DNA of 64,000 nucleotides from assembly GCA_964439265.1 (NCBI GenBank), contig CAYTOA010000005.1, forward strand, positions 9,865 through 73,864, read 5' to 3'. The notes under the pieces were generated by a model. That model was not told the origin of the DNA. It saw only the letters and a list, made by a program, of their open reading frames with translations, and searched no databases. The translations under genes were made by a program, and so were the position numbers. Source of the DNA: an uncultured Chitinophagaceae bacterium (GTDB taxonomy: Bacteria > Bacteroidota > Ignavibacteria > UBA10030 > UBA8401). Shown here in pieces: positions 20,901 to 30,444 of the stretch. Position 1 is the first letter of the stretch. Each line of letters starts with the position of its first letter.

Positions 20901-23300
20901 GTAGAACAAAGCCCGGCATCTGTTGTCATTACGGATACGGAAGGCAACATTGAATATGTCAATCAAAAATTCGAACAGGTGAGCGGCTATTCACTCGACG
21001 AAGTACGCGGCGGGAATTCGCGTATTCTGAAGTCCGGGAATACCCCTCTGCAGGAATATCAAGATCTCTGGAAAACAATTAAGTCGGGAGAGGAATGGAA
21101 AGGTATCTTCCATAACAAAAAGAAATCCGGTGAATTGTACTGGGAGACAGTAGATATCTCACCCGTCAGGGACTCCCAGGACGTTATTACTCATTTTGTC
21201 GCCGTGAAAGAAGACACCACTGAACGAAAGCACGCAGAGGAGGAATTGCTGTTTTCTAAAGAACGATACCGTGCTTTGATAGAGAATCTCAGCGACGTGG
21301 TCTTTTCGGTAGACATGAACGGCTGCTTCAGCTATATCAGCCCGTCGGGCTTGAAGGCATCGGGATATTTGACGGATGATTTGGTCGGCATGAATTTTGA
21401 ACGATTTGTCCATCCTCAGGATATTCTCCCACTGAAAAAGACCTTTCGCCGGATCATCAAAAATAAGTCGGAACAAATCGAAGTTCGCGCTTTCTGCAAG
21501 GACGGAAGCGAACGGTATCTTCGCCTTTCATGCCATCCGATGTCTGAAATGGGCCGTTTCGTCGGAATCGGCGGAGTTTTCACAGACATTACTGAAAGCA
21601 AAGAACGATTGCTAGCACAGGAACAAGCGAGTCAACTTAAGGTCCAGGCGGAGGAACTTCGGAAAGCCCGTGAAGTTGCAGAAAAAGCGTCACGGATGAA
21701 GTCTGAGTTCATGGCAAACATGAGTCACGAAATCAGGACGCCGCTGAACGGGATCGTTGGGGTTGCCGACCTCCTCGAAGGTACTGCACTCACTCCTCAG
21801 CAGCGACAGTACGTCGACATCATCGGTAGAAGCAGCGGATCGTTGCTTTCCATCATTAATGACATCCTCGATTTTTCAAAAATAGAAGCTGGAAAGGTTA
21901 CTCTGGAGTCTATCCAATTTGATTTGAGAGACCTCATCGGGCAAACTATTCAAATGATGATGAGCCAAGCGGGTTCAAAGGGTTTAGAGCTCGCTTCGCT
22001 TGTCTATAAAGATGTTCCGAATAATTTGCGGGGAGATCCCCTGCGGTTGCGGCAGATCATACTCAATCTCTTAAGTAATGCCGTCAAGTTTACCGTCGAA
22101 GGAGAAGTGTTTCTTCGCGTGACATTGGCCCCAAGCAGTTCCGAAAGAGTCAGACTGCATTTCGCCGTTTCGGACACCGGCATTGGGATTGCTGAAGAGG
22201 TGCAAGAGTTGCTCTTTCGGCCATTCACCCAAGCAGATGGTTCGACGACTCGCAAGCATGGAGGGACTGGTCTCGGCTTGTCGATTTCAAAACGCCTTGT
22301 TGGGCTCATGGGCGGAACCATCGGACTCGTAAGCAAAGCTGGCACAGGTTCGACGTTTTGGTGTGAGCTGCCATTTGAAACATTCACAAATGAACACGGC
22401 GCTGCGCCTCAATCGGCCTCGCCGCTTCTTGCTTACCGGGCATCCGGTCTCAACAAGAACACGGGAAGCCCGCTCTTGGCAGGCGCACACGCGCAGGTTC
22501 ATGTGCTCGTGGTTGAGGACCAGGAAGTCAATCAGTTTGTTCTGATAAATATGTTGAACAGGTTCAACACCATGATTAAAGTTGTCTCCACAGGTGTCGA
22601 AGCAGTTGATGCCGTGAGAACGACGACGTATGACATCGTGCTGATGGACTGCCACTTGCCGAAGATGGACGGTTGGGAAGCCACGTCCAGAATCCGGAAG
22701 ACAGAAGGACAGGGACGACATACTCTTATCGTTGCCGTCACCGCCGACGCTTTGACCGGCGACAGTGAGCGCTGCTTTGCCGCTGGAATGGACGACTATA
22801 TCTCCAAACCTATTAGAATCATTGATCTGGAACGAGTTTTCAAAAAATGGCTTTGGGGAGTTGAAGCAAAAAGAGCCGACGCTGAGAAAGTCGGAGCAAA
22901 TTCCGATGAACCCGCAAGCCTGGACTTTGCGAGGATCAGCGAGTTGCGATCAATCGAGGGCGGAGAGCAGCTCCTTGGGAAAATTTTCGATATCTATGAG
23001 CGGGACACTCCCGCAAAAATCGGGAACCTGCGGAGGGCCATCATACATGCTGAATGGGATGCTCTTGGTGAGATTATTCATGGCCTTTCAGGGACGTGCG
23101 CAAATGTCGGGGCTGAACGGCTGGTAGCGTTATGCTCGGAGTTGAAGGAAAAGGCTCGAAAAAAAGAGTCACGCAAAATGATCGCTATCGTCGAAACGAT
23201 GCAACGAGAAATCGAACACGTCAAAACTCTTCTTCGAGAAGAGCTATCGCGGAAATCCGTTCCTGATGAAACAGCAGTTAGTGAAAATATCATCCCTTAA
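17997..23300 (+). CDS. Giant multi-PAS unorthodox hybrid histidine kinase (>=8 PAS, HisKA, HATPase_c, REC, C-terminal HPt); the true start is probably a few tens of codons downstream
   Basis: Many PAS/PAC units, including one PAS_3 module about 60% identical to those in the first kinase. Classical H-box MSHEIRTPLNGIVGV. G-boxes [15 protein letters not shown]. Receiver VLVVEDQEVN...VLMDCHLPKMDG. HPt motif HGLSGTCANVGA. The annotated start codon is TTG with a poorly spaced RBS. Confidence 0.85.
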   Translation: MLHHGRRKIEKCEFFTNGCFTAESTMEIAEMTKNSHAEESTDGICMTDEEGRVIEWNHGMQDITGINPEEVLGRPLWDVRFQLTPPEARTDDLLKRLETAAMNQLKTGNSESAAEFAEQWILQQDGSRKLVLKNFFTVKTQTGYMIGAIVRDITSERNAENQLLFLKRAVESTSSAVLLCDLEGRIEYANPGALAMVEFTAEEAAGKLLSDFGDSMAKENLSSQTIPALKKSGQWSGEVNLQKRDGTLVPIHSTCALVSDSHGNPQGLLSICYDLTQRKKAESALQTSESLLSNAMNMANLGHWEYDVAADLFTFNDNFYSIFRTTAEKVGGYTMSSAQYAQRFVHPDDMSVVSTEIRKALEDRDPQFGATLDHRIIYADGSPGYISVRSFAVKDEEHKAVKLYGVNQDITERKQLEEALLKSKQRYDKLASTIPVGLYLLHSKPDESFTFDYVSPRMAEILDLSVESLLGDAQLAFSQILLEDQTSFVSVNRESFEKQCSFDWEGRIQINGAVKWLHIASTPELQEDGDTLWHGVVGDLTDAKLAEGALKASERRIRSYIEHAPMGVFIIDGSGCITEVNPQGIKVIGYSEIEVLGRPLTDFVVPQFLDKAGWDLGTVVTGGNVEDVLQARRKDGSFVWISVNCVKIDDNRFMSFCQDITSNKQAEMALAESEAKYRSVVDGVKEVIFTTDAQGNWTFLNPAWEEITGFTVEETIGQLFLNYLLPEDSKLNIARFERLIEEKENFYRHEIRYRTKSGGFRWIEVSARLTRDENGAITGTAGTLMDTTERHLAEDALKEAKENLELRVSKRTAELRLVAEELHVELDERKKVEQALSVSKKRVSLHIQQTPLAVIEWDLEQRISTWNPGAEKVFGYPQAEAKGQPASFIVPETEKKHSIEMFQKQVRNRKSLKGVFKNITKSGKLITCEWVDTVLEDETGKVVGLTSIAQDITERLDAEHQLRMLSYAVEQSPASVVITDTEGNIEYVNQKFEQVSGYSLDEVRGGNSRILKSGNTPLQEYQDLWKTIKSGEEWKGIFHNKKKSGELYWETVDISPVRDSQDVITHFVAVKEDTTERKHAEEELLFSKERYRALIENLSDVVFSVDMNGCFSYISPSGLKASGYLTDDLVGMNFERFVHPQDILPLKKTFRRIIKNKSEQIEVRAFCKDGSERYLRLSCHPMSEMGRFVGIGGVFTDITESKERLLAQEQASQLKVQAEELRKAREVAEKASRMKSEFMANMSHEIRTPLNGIVGVADLLEGTALTPQQRQYVDIIGRSSGSLLSIINDILDFSKIEAGKVTLESIQFDLRDLIGQTIQMMMSQAGSKGLELASLVYKDVPNNLRGDPLRLRQIILNLLSNAVKFTVEGEVFLRVTLAPSSSERVRLHFAVSDTGIGIAEEVQELLFRPFTQADGSTTRKHGGTGLGLSISKRLVGLMGGTIGLVSKAGTGSTFWCELPFETFTNEHGAAPQSASPLLAYRASGLNKNTGSPLLAGAHAQVHVLVVEDQEVNQFVLINMLNRFNTMIKVVSTGVEAVDAVRTTTYDIVLMDCHLPKMDGWEATSRIRKTEGQGRHTLIVAVTADALTGDSERCFAAGMDDYISKPIRIIDLERVFKKWLWGVEAKRADAEKVGANSDEPASLDFARISELRSIEGGEQLLGKIFDIYERDTPAKIGNLRRAIIHAEWDALGEIIHGLSGTCANVGAERLVALCSELKEKARKKESRKMIAIVETMQREIEHVKTLLREELSRKSVPDETAVSENIIP

Positions 23301-23363
23301 CATTATTCGATTAATATCGGTCCATCGGGGTATTGCCAAAGAGAAATCGGCAAAGGAGAGTGA

Positions 23364-24623
23364 ATGAATATTTTACTTGTTGACGATGATGAGGGAGCCC
23401 GGTTATTCCTCCAGCGCGTATTGGTTAAGAAATTCCAATACACCGTTCTGGAGGCGAGAGACGGACTTGAAGGTCTCTCGATTGTTCAAAATAAGCCGCT
23501 TGAACTTATCTTCCTCGATATCCACATGCCCGTTATCGATGGCATAGAGATGCTTGAAGCGATTCGTTCCGATCCGGCGCATTCCGCGCTGCCGGTTATC
23601 GTGATGTCGGTCGCAAGCGATAAGGCGGAGATCCTGCGTCTTATCAGGTTGGGCATTTCCGACTATATTCTGAAGCCTCTCAGAGCCGAAACTGTGTACA
23701 AGCGAGTCTGTGATGTCATCGCAAGGAAAAAGACAAAAGGTTCGATGTATCAGGCGGCTGCAGTTGAGACACAAGGCGATCGGAAAATTCTCCTGGTAGA
23801 TAAAGACCCAAACTTCCGGGCCTTTTTTACTTCCGTGCTGGGTGGACGATTTGAAATTCAGGAGGCCGCGAGCGGGGTGGAGGGTCTTGAAATGTACATG
23901 AACCACCTCCCAAGAATCGTGTGCATCGGAGAAGGGCTGCCCTTGCTGGGCGAATCTCTCCTTTCCCGAAAAATCCAACAACTCGACAAAAGCCGGCAGA
24001 CAGGAATATACCTGTGTGCCGAAACATCGCGGGTGAATAATGGCGATGAAAAACTTTTCGACGGATTCTTGAAGAAGTCCTTTGTCCCTGAAGCGTTCGA
24101 AAAAGAATTCACGGGTGTTGTGCTGAATGAGAAGAATGTGTTTGAAACAGTTCTTGAAATCGTCCAAAACAGCTTGTCTCCTGAAGTCGTTACGGCGATG
24201 CAGCAAACCATCGGTGTCATGGCATCACAAGAGATTCAAATACTGGGATCTGAAGAAGGAAATCATATCGCGGATGAAGTTTACGCGACCGTCGATCTCG
24301 TGCACAAATCCGAGGAGTTTCGTATTACCGTCGCTCTCGTAGGGTCCCGATCAGACGTGGCGATGATCGCAAGCAAGATCTTGGGATCGCCGACAGAGAT
24401 GGACCAAGGCGCAGGTGACGCTTTTGGAGAACTGGTAAACACGATCGGGGGAAGGATTCGATCATCAATCGAAATCCGGGGGATCGAGGTCGAACAATTT
24501 CCTCAACAGGTGTTATCAAAGAATGGGAACGATCCTTCTTATAACTGGCAGCTGCGTCTTCCATTTTCTGCAGGGCCCGGTGAAAAATACTATTTGGGGG
24601 TTTCAGTCATGAAATTGAACTGA
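23364..24623 (+). CDS. Response regulator: REC + degenerate (pseudo) receiver + C-terminal CheX/CheC-like phosphatase domain
   Basis: N-terminal REC (ILLVDDDEG...FLDIHMPVIDG...ILKP). The second REC-like region lacks the phospho-Asp. The C-terminus carries a CheC/CheX-type motif, D-x3-E-x2-N-x20-P (DAFGELVNTIGG...QFP). Sits 64 bp downstream of the HPt-containing kinase. Confidence 0.55.
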   Translation: MNILLVDDDEGARLFLQRVLVKKFQYTVLEARDGLEGLSIVQNKPLELIFLDIHMPVIDGIEMLEAIRSDPAHSALPVIVMSVASDKAEILRLIRLGISDYILKPLRAETVYKRVCDVIARKKTKGSMYQAAAVETQGDRKILLVDKDPNFRAFFTSVLGGRFEIQEAASGVEGLEMYMNHLPRIVCIGEGLPLLGESLLSRKIQQLDKSRQTGIYLCAETSRVNNGDEKLFDGFLKKSFVPEAFEKEFTGVVLNEKNVFETVLEIVQNSLSPEVVTAMQQTIGVMASQEIQILGSEEGNHIADEVYATVDLVHKSEEFRITVALVGSRSDVAMIASKILGSPTEMDQGAGDAFGELVNTIGGRIRSSIEIRGIEVEQFPQQVLSKNGNDPSYNWQLRLPFSAGPGEKYYLGVSVMKLN

Positions 24624-24730
24624 TTTGGGAAGAATTGTTGAGAGTGAGAAGGGGAGATACGAGTACGGCATTCGGGATTCAATCCATCCCGTGAAAATCG
24701 ACCTCGCAACACAAACTGGGAAAGAGCACC

Positions 24731-25666
24731 ATGCCAACACAGACCGATAATCTCTGGGGCGTCATACTCGCCGGCGGAGATGGAAAACGCCTGCGAGAGT
24801 TCGTCCGACTTCGCTTTAATTCTGACCGTCCGAAACAATTTTGCGCGTTCCATGGAACGCGTTCAATGCTCGGGACGACCGTAGACCGGGTTCGGCGACG
24901 GATTCCGTTCCACAGAATGCTGGTCACCGTCAACAGCCGACACCGTGAGTTTGTGGAGAAGGACCTGTACGGAATGTCTGAAGGGAACATCATCGTACAG
25001 CCGGAGAACAAAGAGACATGCCCGGCTATTCTATTGCCGCTGCTGCATATCCAACAGTGCGACGCGGGGGCCATTGTTTCCATCTTTCCCGCAGATCACT
25101 TTGTACGCCAGGAAGCACGCTTCATGCAATTGATTGAGTCCGCAGCGCGGTACGTTAACCGCCATCCCCGGGAACTGCTGCTCGTCGGAGCTGAAGCACA
25201 ATACCCTGAGACCGACTATGGATGGATCGAGCCGGCGCACGCAGCCTCGATTGAGGGCGGCTTTGAGATACTGCATGTACATAATTTCTGGGAAAAGCCT
25301 TCATTCCAAAAGGCAGAACAACTCAACAGGAACGGCGGCTTGTGGAACACGATGGTGATGGTTGGCCGTGTCTCTGCCTTCCTGGAAAAATTTCAACGAT
25401 TAACTCCCGAACTCTTTCAGTCGTTTCGACCGGTGGGCGAATCTTTTGGATTCCCATCGGAAGCGGATATTATTCGTCAGGTGTATGCCTCGCTTCCATG
25501 CTTGAATTTCAGTACGGAAATTCTTGAGCGAGAAGTGCAAGACCTTGTTGTCCTTCCCGCCAGGGGTATCTACTGGAGCGATTGGGGACGGGGCGAACGC
25601 ATCGAGATGGATCTTGCAATGATGAAGAGAGACACATCAAAGGTCGCCAGCCGTCAATTTGTCTGA
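24731..25666 (+). CDS. Sugar-phosphate nucleotidyltransferase (mannose-1-phosphate guanylyltransferase-like)
   Basis: N-terminal G-x-G-x-R nucleotidyltransferase motif (WGVILAGGDGKRLRE) and GT-A-like fold. No cupin or isomerase domain. Confidence 0.6.
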   Translation: MPTQTDNLWGVILAGGDGKRLREFVRLRFNSDRPKQFCAFHGTRSMLGTTVDRVRRRIPFHRMLVTVNSRHREFVEKDLYGMSEGNIIVQPENKETCPAILLPLLHIQQCDAGAIVSIFPADHFVRQEARFMQLIESAARYVNRHPRELLLVGAEAQYPETDYGWIEPAHAASIEGGFEILHVHNFWEKPSFQKAEQLNRNGGLWNTMVMVGRVSAFLEKFQRLTPELFQSFRPVGESFGFPSEADIIRQVYASLPCLNFSTEILEREVQDLVVLPARGIYWSDWGRGERIEMDLAMMKRDTSKVASRQFV

Positions 25667-25821
25667 CACGATCACTGTTGCATCAGCAGTCCATAACTAC
25701 TTGCGAAGAGATCATTGAAGGACGGCTTACGTTATTCTGTTAACTCTCAATGACGGCGTCCGGAGAGTACAGCCGATTTTTCCGCTTAGCGTGTTGTGAA
25801 TAAATTCCGGAGCCTATAAGC

Positions 25822-28800
25822 ATGGACATCGCCTTTCGCAGACATAATCTCAGAAGTGACATCCTTGTCGTCTTCGCAGTGCTTCTATATACATTGACAT
25901 TTAGTCCTTTGTACAACCTGGTTGGCAACTCGACGGCAGCTCTCGTCCTGATCCCGGTAGCCCTTGCCGGATTCTACTATGGGGTAGGAGCTGGCATCGT
26001 TGCTGGATTGTTGACACTTCCGTTGAACTTTCTTCTCTTCAGCCAGTTCGAAAACTCTTCACTCTCGTTTCATTTTCTCAATTCACTCCCCCCCATCGTC
26101 ATTGCCGAGTTTGTCGGAGCATTCAGCGGCTGGCTCCACGGCCTTTTGCTTCAGACAAAGGAACAGGCGCGGCAACTGCAAAAAGAAATATTTGAGCGGG
26201 AAAAATCAGAAGAGCAGCTGAAACAAAGCAGTGAGCGCCTTGAGCTGGCTCTTCATGGTGCGGACCTCGGCTTGTGGGATGTCGACACCAAGTGGGAACA
26301 CGCGGTCTTTAACGATCGATGGGCGGAAATGCTGGGATTCACTAAAGAAGAAATCGGTTCAAGCACGGATGTTTTTTGGAAGCTCATACATCCGGACGAT
26401 CAGAAGATGGTGCGGGATGCGCTTGAAGCACATCTCAGCGGAAAATCCGAGATCTATGAGACCGAGCACCGGATGAAGGCGAAATCCGGGGAATGGAAGT
26501 GGGTTCTGAACAGGGGGAAAGTTGTGGAACGTTACCCGGACGGTTCGCCGCGGCGTGTGGCGGGTACACACCTGGATATTACAGAACGGAAAAAGAATAT
26601 TGAATGGCTGCAAGTGTTAGGGAGGGCGATCGATGCCGCAATGAACGGCATCGTGATTACCGATCCATTGCAGCCAGGCAATCCGATTATTTTCGCAAAT
26701 CCTGCGTTCGAAAAGAATACTGGATATTCGCGGAACGAGGCGATAGGGCGCAATCCTCGTTTTCTTCAAGGGGTCGATACAAACCGGGAGACCGCGCACT
26801 CTATTCGCACTGCACTTGAAAGAGGGGAGGGATGCCGGGTTGTCATTAAGAACTACCGAAAAGACGGTTCGCCGTTCTGGAACGAATTGTCCATCTCTCC
26901 GATGAGAGACCACACAGGCAAGATCGTCAACTTCATCGGCATTCAATCGGATATTACCGAGAAACGGCTCATGCATGAAGCTCTTCAACAGAGCGAGGAA
27001 AAGTTCCGCTGTTTCATTGAACAATCGTCCGATGGGATCTTCCTCACAGATGAAGAAGGATTGATCACTCAATGGAATCGCGCTGAGCGGCGGATCACAG
27101 GGCTGGCGTTTGAAGAGGTTGCTCATCAACCTGTGTGGGAAGTGCAGCATTGGCTCCTGCCGAAATCGCGTCAGACGACGGAAATAGAGAGGAAGGTAAA
27201 GAAGCGCGTCCAGAAACTGCTTCAGACCGGAGGCGGAGACTGGGCGATGCGGCCGTTCGAACAAGAAGTTTACCGTCGGGATGGCTCGGCCTTAAACGTC
27301 GAAGCGGTGGTTTTTCCTATCAAAACGCCCAAAGGGTACTTGATGGGAAGTATCATGAGAGATATTTCAAAACAGAAAAGAACGAACGAAGAGCTTCGAA
27401 GGCTTAACCGGGCGGTGGAGAGTACTCAATCAGGAATTGTGCTCGCAAGCCTGGATGGGGTGGTTGAATACGTCAATCCAGGGCTTCTTAGCATGCATGC
27501 GTACGACAGTAAAGAAGAAGTGCTTGGACGATCCATTTTTGAATTTACCGACGGCGCTGGCCGTGAAATGCTCAGCTCAGAGATAATTCCCCAACTTTTG
27601 ATCTCCGGAAAGTGGTCCGGTGAACTCTTGACCCGGAAAAAAGACGGTTCGTTTATACAGTCTCAAATGATCTGTTCTATGGTGTACGGTCAGAAAGGGG
27701 AGCCAGTATCGCTGTTCTCAAATTTCTACGATATTACGGAACGGAAGCTTGCTGAGCATGCCCTCGAAGAAAGTGAATCGAAATACCGCTCGGTGGTTGA
27801 GAACATCAAGGAAGTCATCTTTCGCACAGATGTGACAGGCAATTGGACATACCTTAACCCCGCCTGGTGTGAGATCAGCGGTTACTCAATCGAAGAGAGT
27901 CTTGGCCTGCGCTGTCTGGACTTTGTCCATCCTGATGACCGCGAGCGAAGTGAGGAGCTGTTCAAGCCGCTCATCAATCGAGAAAAAGAATATTGCAGGC
28001 ATGAAGTTCGCTATCTCCGGAAGGATGGAGGGGAGTGCTGGATTGAAGTCTATGCACGATTGACGTCGGACGATGACGGGAATGTGTCCGGCACGACGGG
28101 GACTCTGATGGATATCACAAACCGCCGAAGAGCTGATGAGGCATTGCGGAATGCGAATGATATGCTCGAAGCCAAAGTTGCCGAGAGGACCCGCGAACTC
28201 CAAGATGCGGTCGGGAATCTCAATTTCGAGCTCGAAGAGCGTAAGAGAGCTGAAGAGATGATCCGCGAGCAAGCGATGCTTCTAGACGAGGCTCACGATG
28301 CGATTTCCGTCAGCGGCCTGGACGGTAAAATACGGTTTTGGAATAAAAGTGCAGAGCGTCTCTACGGTTGGTCTGCTCAGGAAGTCGTCGGGTTGAACGC
28401 AAATGATCTCGAACGGAAGGCTATATCTGATAAGGGAATGAAGACACTCCTGGAATCGGGAGAATGGAGCGGAGAACTTGAACGTCGGAAGAAAGACGGA
28501 ACTGCCGTCGTTGTCGACAGCCGTTGGACCCTCGTTCGTGATGCAAAGGGAGAACCGCTGACGATCCTCGTCATTGACACTGATATCACCGAGAAGAAAC
28601 AACTTCAGGCGCAGTTCCTTCGGGCGCAAAGAATGGAGAGTATCGGAACCCTTGCTGGCGGCATCGCACACGACCTCAATAATATTCTGACTCCGGTGAT
28701 GATGTGGTCCGAAGTTCTTCGCAGCAAAATGCCGGACGAGAAATCACAACGTATTCTCTCTTTGCTGGAATCGAGCGTGCAGAGAGGAGCGGATATGGTC

Positions 28801-29781
28801 CGCCAGGTATTGAGCTTCTCCCGCGGCATTTCAGGCGAACGGGTCGAGATGCAATTCAAGCACATTCTAAAAGATCTCGAAAAGATAATGCAGGAATCAT
28901 TCCCGAAGTCGATTGAAATTGTGGTTGACGTTCCCAAAGATCTTTGGACCGTGATGGGAGACGCAACGCAGCTTCACCAGGTCTTGATGAATCTTTGCGT
29001 TAACGCTCGCGACGCAATGCCGCACGGCGGGACACTGACTGCATCATGCGACAACATGACAATCGATGATAACTACGCACGCATGCATCTCGACGCCAAG
29101 CCGGGCAATTACGTTGCAATCTCCGTAGCGGATTCGGGAACGGGGATTCCTCCGGAAACTTTAGAAAGAATATTCGAGCCGTTTTTTACGACGAAAGAGA
29201 TCGGGAAAGGGACCGGCTTGGGGCTTTCTACCTCCGTTGCCATCGTTAAGAGTCATGGCGGGTTTATCAACGTTTATAGTGAAGTTGGGAGGGGGACAAC
29301 ATTTAAGATGTACGTTCCGGCCGTTCCAGGTCTGGTGCAACGTGAGATGAGTGAGAAGAGCGACCCGCTTATGAGGGGAAATGGGGAGACGCTTCTCGTT
29401 ATAGACGACGAAGCGATCATCCGTGAGTCGATAAAGGGTGCCTTGGAGGAATTCGGATACAACGTTCTTATCGCCGATGACGGGGCCCAGGCCATTGCTG
29501 TCTATATGCTCCATCAACGAGAAATTGCTGCGGTCATTACCGATATGATGATGCCGTTTATGGACGGCGTATCTACTATCAGAGCTCTGCGGCGAATCGA
29601 CCCCGGATTAAAGATCATCGCTGCCAGCGGTTTAGCCGATAATGAACGAATACTCCAGAAAAGGAATTTGAGTGTCGATGGTTTTTTGAGAAAACCATAC
29701 ACGACCAGAGATCTCCTGACAATGCTTTTCACGATCCTCGGCAAAGCCCCTAAGCTCGTTCAAGAAGAAGAACGGAGCTAA
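25822..29781 (+). CDS. Membrane-anchored multi-PAS hybrid sensor histidine kinase with C-terminal REC
   Basis: Three to four N-terminal transmembrane helices and multiple PAS/PAC units. A PAS plus coiled-coil module is paralogous to one in the 1767-aa kinase. H-box IAHDLNNILTPVM. HATPase [15 protein letters not shown]. Receiver LLVIDDEAI...VITDMMMPFMDG. Confidence 0.9.
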   Translation: MDIAFRRHNLRSDILVVFAVLLYTLTFSPLYNLVGNSTAALVLIPVALAGFYYGVGAGIVAGLLTLPLNFLLFSQFENSSLSFHFLNSLPPIVIAEFVGAFSGWLHGLLLQTKEQARQLQKEIFEREKSEEQLKQSSERLELALHGADLGLWDVDTKWEHAVFNDRWAEMLGFTKEEIGSSTDVFWKLIHPDDQKMVRDALEAHLSGKSEIYETEHRMKAKSGEWKWVLNRGKVVERYPDGSPRRVAGTHLDITERKKNIEWLQVLGRAIDAAMNGIVITDPLQPGNPIIFANPAFEKNTGYSRNEAIGRNPRFLQGVDTNRETAHSIRTALERGEGCRVVIKNYRKDGSPFWNELSISPMRDHTGKIVNFIGIQSDITEKRLMHEALQQSEEKFRCFIEQSSDGIFLTDEEGLITQWNRAERRITGLAFEEVAHQPVWEVQHWLLPKSRQTTEIERKVKKRVQKLLQTGGGDWAMRPFEQEVYRRDGSALNVEAVVFPIKTPKGYLMGSIMRDISKQKRTNEELRRLNRAVESTQSGIVLASLDGVVEYVNPGLLSMHAYDSKEEVLGRSIFEFTDGAGREMLSSEIIPQLLISGKWSGELLTRKKDGSFIQSQMICSMVYGQKGEPVSLFSNFYDITERKLAEHALEESESKYRSVVENIKEVIFRTDVTGNWTYLNPAWCEISGYSIEESLGLRCLDFVHPDDRERSEELFKPLINREKEYCRHEVRYLRKDGGECWIEVYARLTSDDDGNVSGTTGTLMDITNRRRADEALRNANDMLEAKVAERTRELQDAVGNLNFELEERKRAEEMIREQAMLLDEAHDAISVSGLDGKIRFWNKSAERLYGWSAQEVVGLNANDLERKAISDKGMKTLLESGEWSGELERRKKDGTAVVVDSRWTLVRDAKGEPLTILVIDTDITEKKQLQAQFLRAQRMESIGTLAGGIAHDLNNILTPVMMWSEVLRSKMPDEKSQRILSLLESSVQRGADMVRQVLSFSRGISGERVEMQFKHILKDLEKIMQESFPKSIEIVVDVPKDLWTVMGDATQLHQVLMNLCVNARDAMPHGGTLTASCDNMTIDDNYARMHLDAKPGNYVAISVADSGTGIPPETLERIFEPFFTTKEIGKGTGLGLSTSVAIVKSHGGFINVYSEVGRGTTFKMYVPAVPGLVQREMSEKSDPLMRGNGETLLVIDDEAIIRESIKGALEEFGYNVLIADDGAQAIAVYMLHQREIAAVITDMMMPFMDGVSTIRALRRIDPGLKIIAASGLADNERILQKRNLSVDGFLRKPYTTRDLLTMLFTILGKAPKLVQEEERS

Positions 29782-29869
29782 TGCACAAGGGTGATTCCGA
29801 GGTCAATAAGAAGAGTTTCAAAGAACTCCTGAGAAATCATTGTCATTCTGAACCTTCGACGAGTCGTCT

Positions 29870-29894
29870 ATCTACGATTCTACGAATCGTAGAT
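29870..29894. promoter_or_regulatory. Perfect 11-bp inverted repeat with 3-nt spacer (ATCTACGATTC tac GAATCGTAGAT), about 90 bp downstream of the kinase stop
   Basis: Read directly from the sequence. Further short hairpins follow (gggtc-ata-gaccc; ccgaagg...ccttcgg) within a 660-bp non-coding gap. Confidence 0.3.
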
Positions 29895-30151
29895 TCGTTG
29901 AACGACCCTACGGGTCATAGACCCAGAGGGAGTCGTCGACCGTCGTTTTTCAGACGGGGTGAGTGCCGAAGGCATCCCCAAAGGGATCGCTTCGCGACCT
30001 TCGGGAGAATCCATGTTAATGATCCACCTTGACTTCCCAAGGGTTTCATGTTATGGATGCTTCGCGGAGTCTACCCCGCTGAAAAGCGTGGCTCAGCATG
30101 ACATTTACGGCCGCTTTCTGCATGGAAACCATTTTTGAGACAGCCTTTAGT

Positions 30152-30168
30152 GTGGCATTCGTTCTGCA
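30152..30168 (+). promoter_or_regulatory. Candidate sigma-54 (-24/-12) promoter, TGGCAT-N4-TCTGCA, GG-N10-GC spacing
   Basis: GTGGCATtcgttcTGCA matches the RpoN consensus TGGCAC-N5-TTGCW with correct GG/GC spacing. Lies 277 bp upstream of the FapA-like chemotaxis-operon gene, and a sigma-54 activator is encoded in the window. Confidence 0.3.
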
Positions 30169-30444
30169 GAAGGCGCCCGCCTGTTGAACAACCGATTGCC
30201 CTCCCATCCTCCCTGGAAACAACAGTCATGCTCCGGATAAATGAGAATAAGACGCGGGAAGATGCCGCTTCGGTTTCTCTGGTTCATAATGGACAAGTGT
30301 ACGTTTTCAACCACCTGTTCTCGGGGACTGTTGAATCAATGCAAAGATTGCCGTGAATAGTGGATTGTTTCGTTGGCATAGTACTTGTCTTATCTCCAGT
30401 GAATAGAAGTTCTGACTCGACTTAGATGCTTTCTTAGAGAATGA

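Noticed and set aside
29781-30032. 83-aa + strand ORF after the fourth kinase
   Set aside because: Arg-rich, no RBS, and it overlaps a region of hairpins and palindromes. More likely a non-coding structured region.
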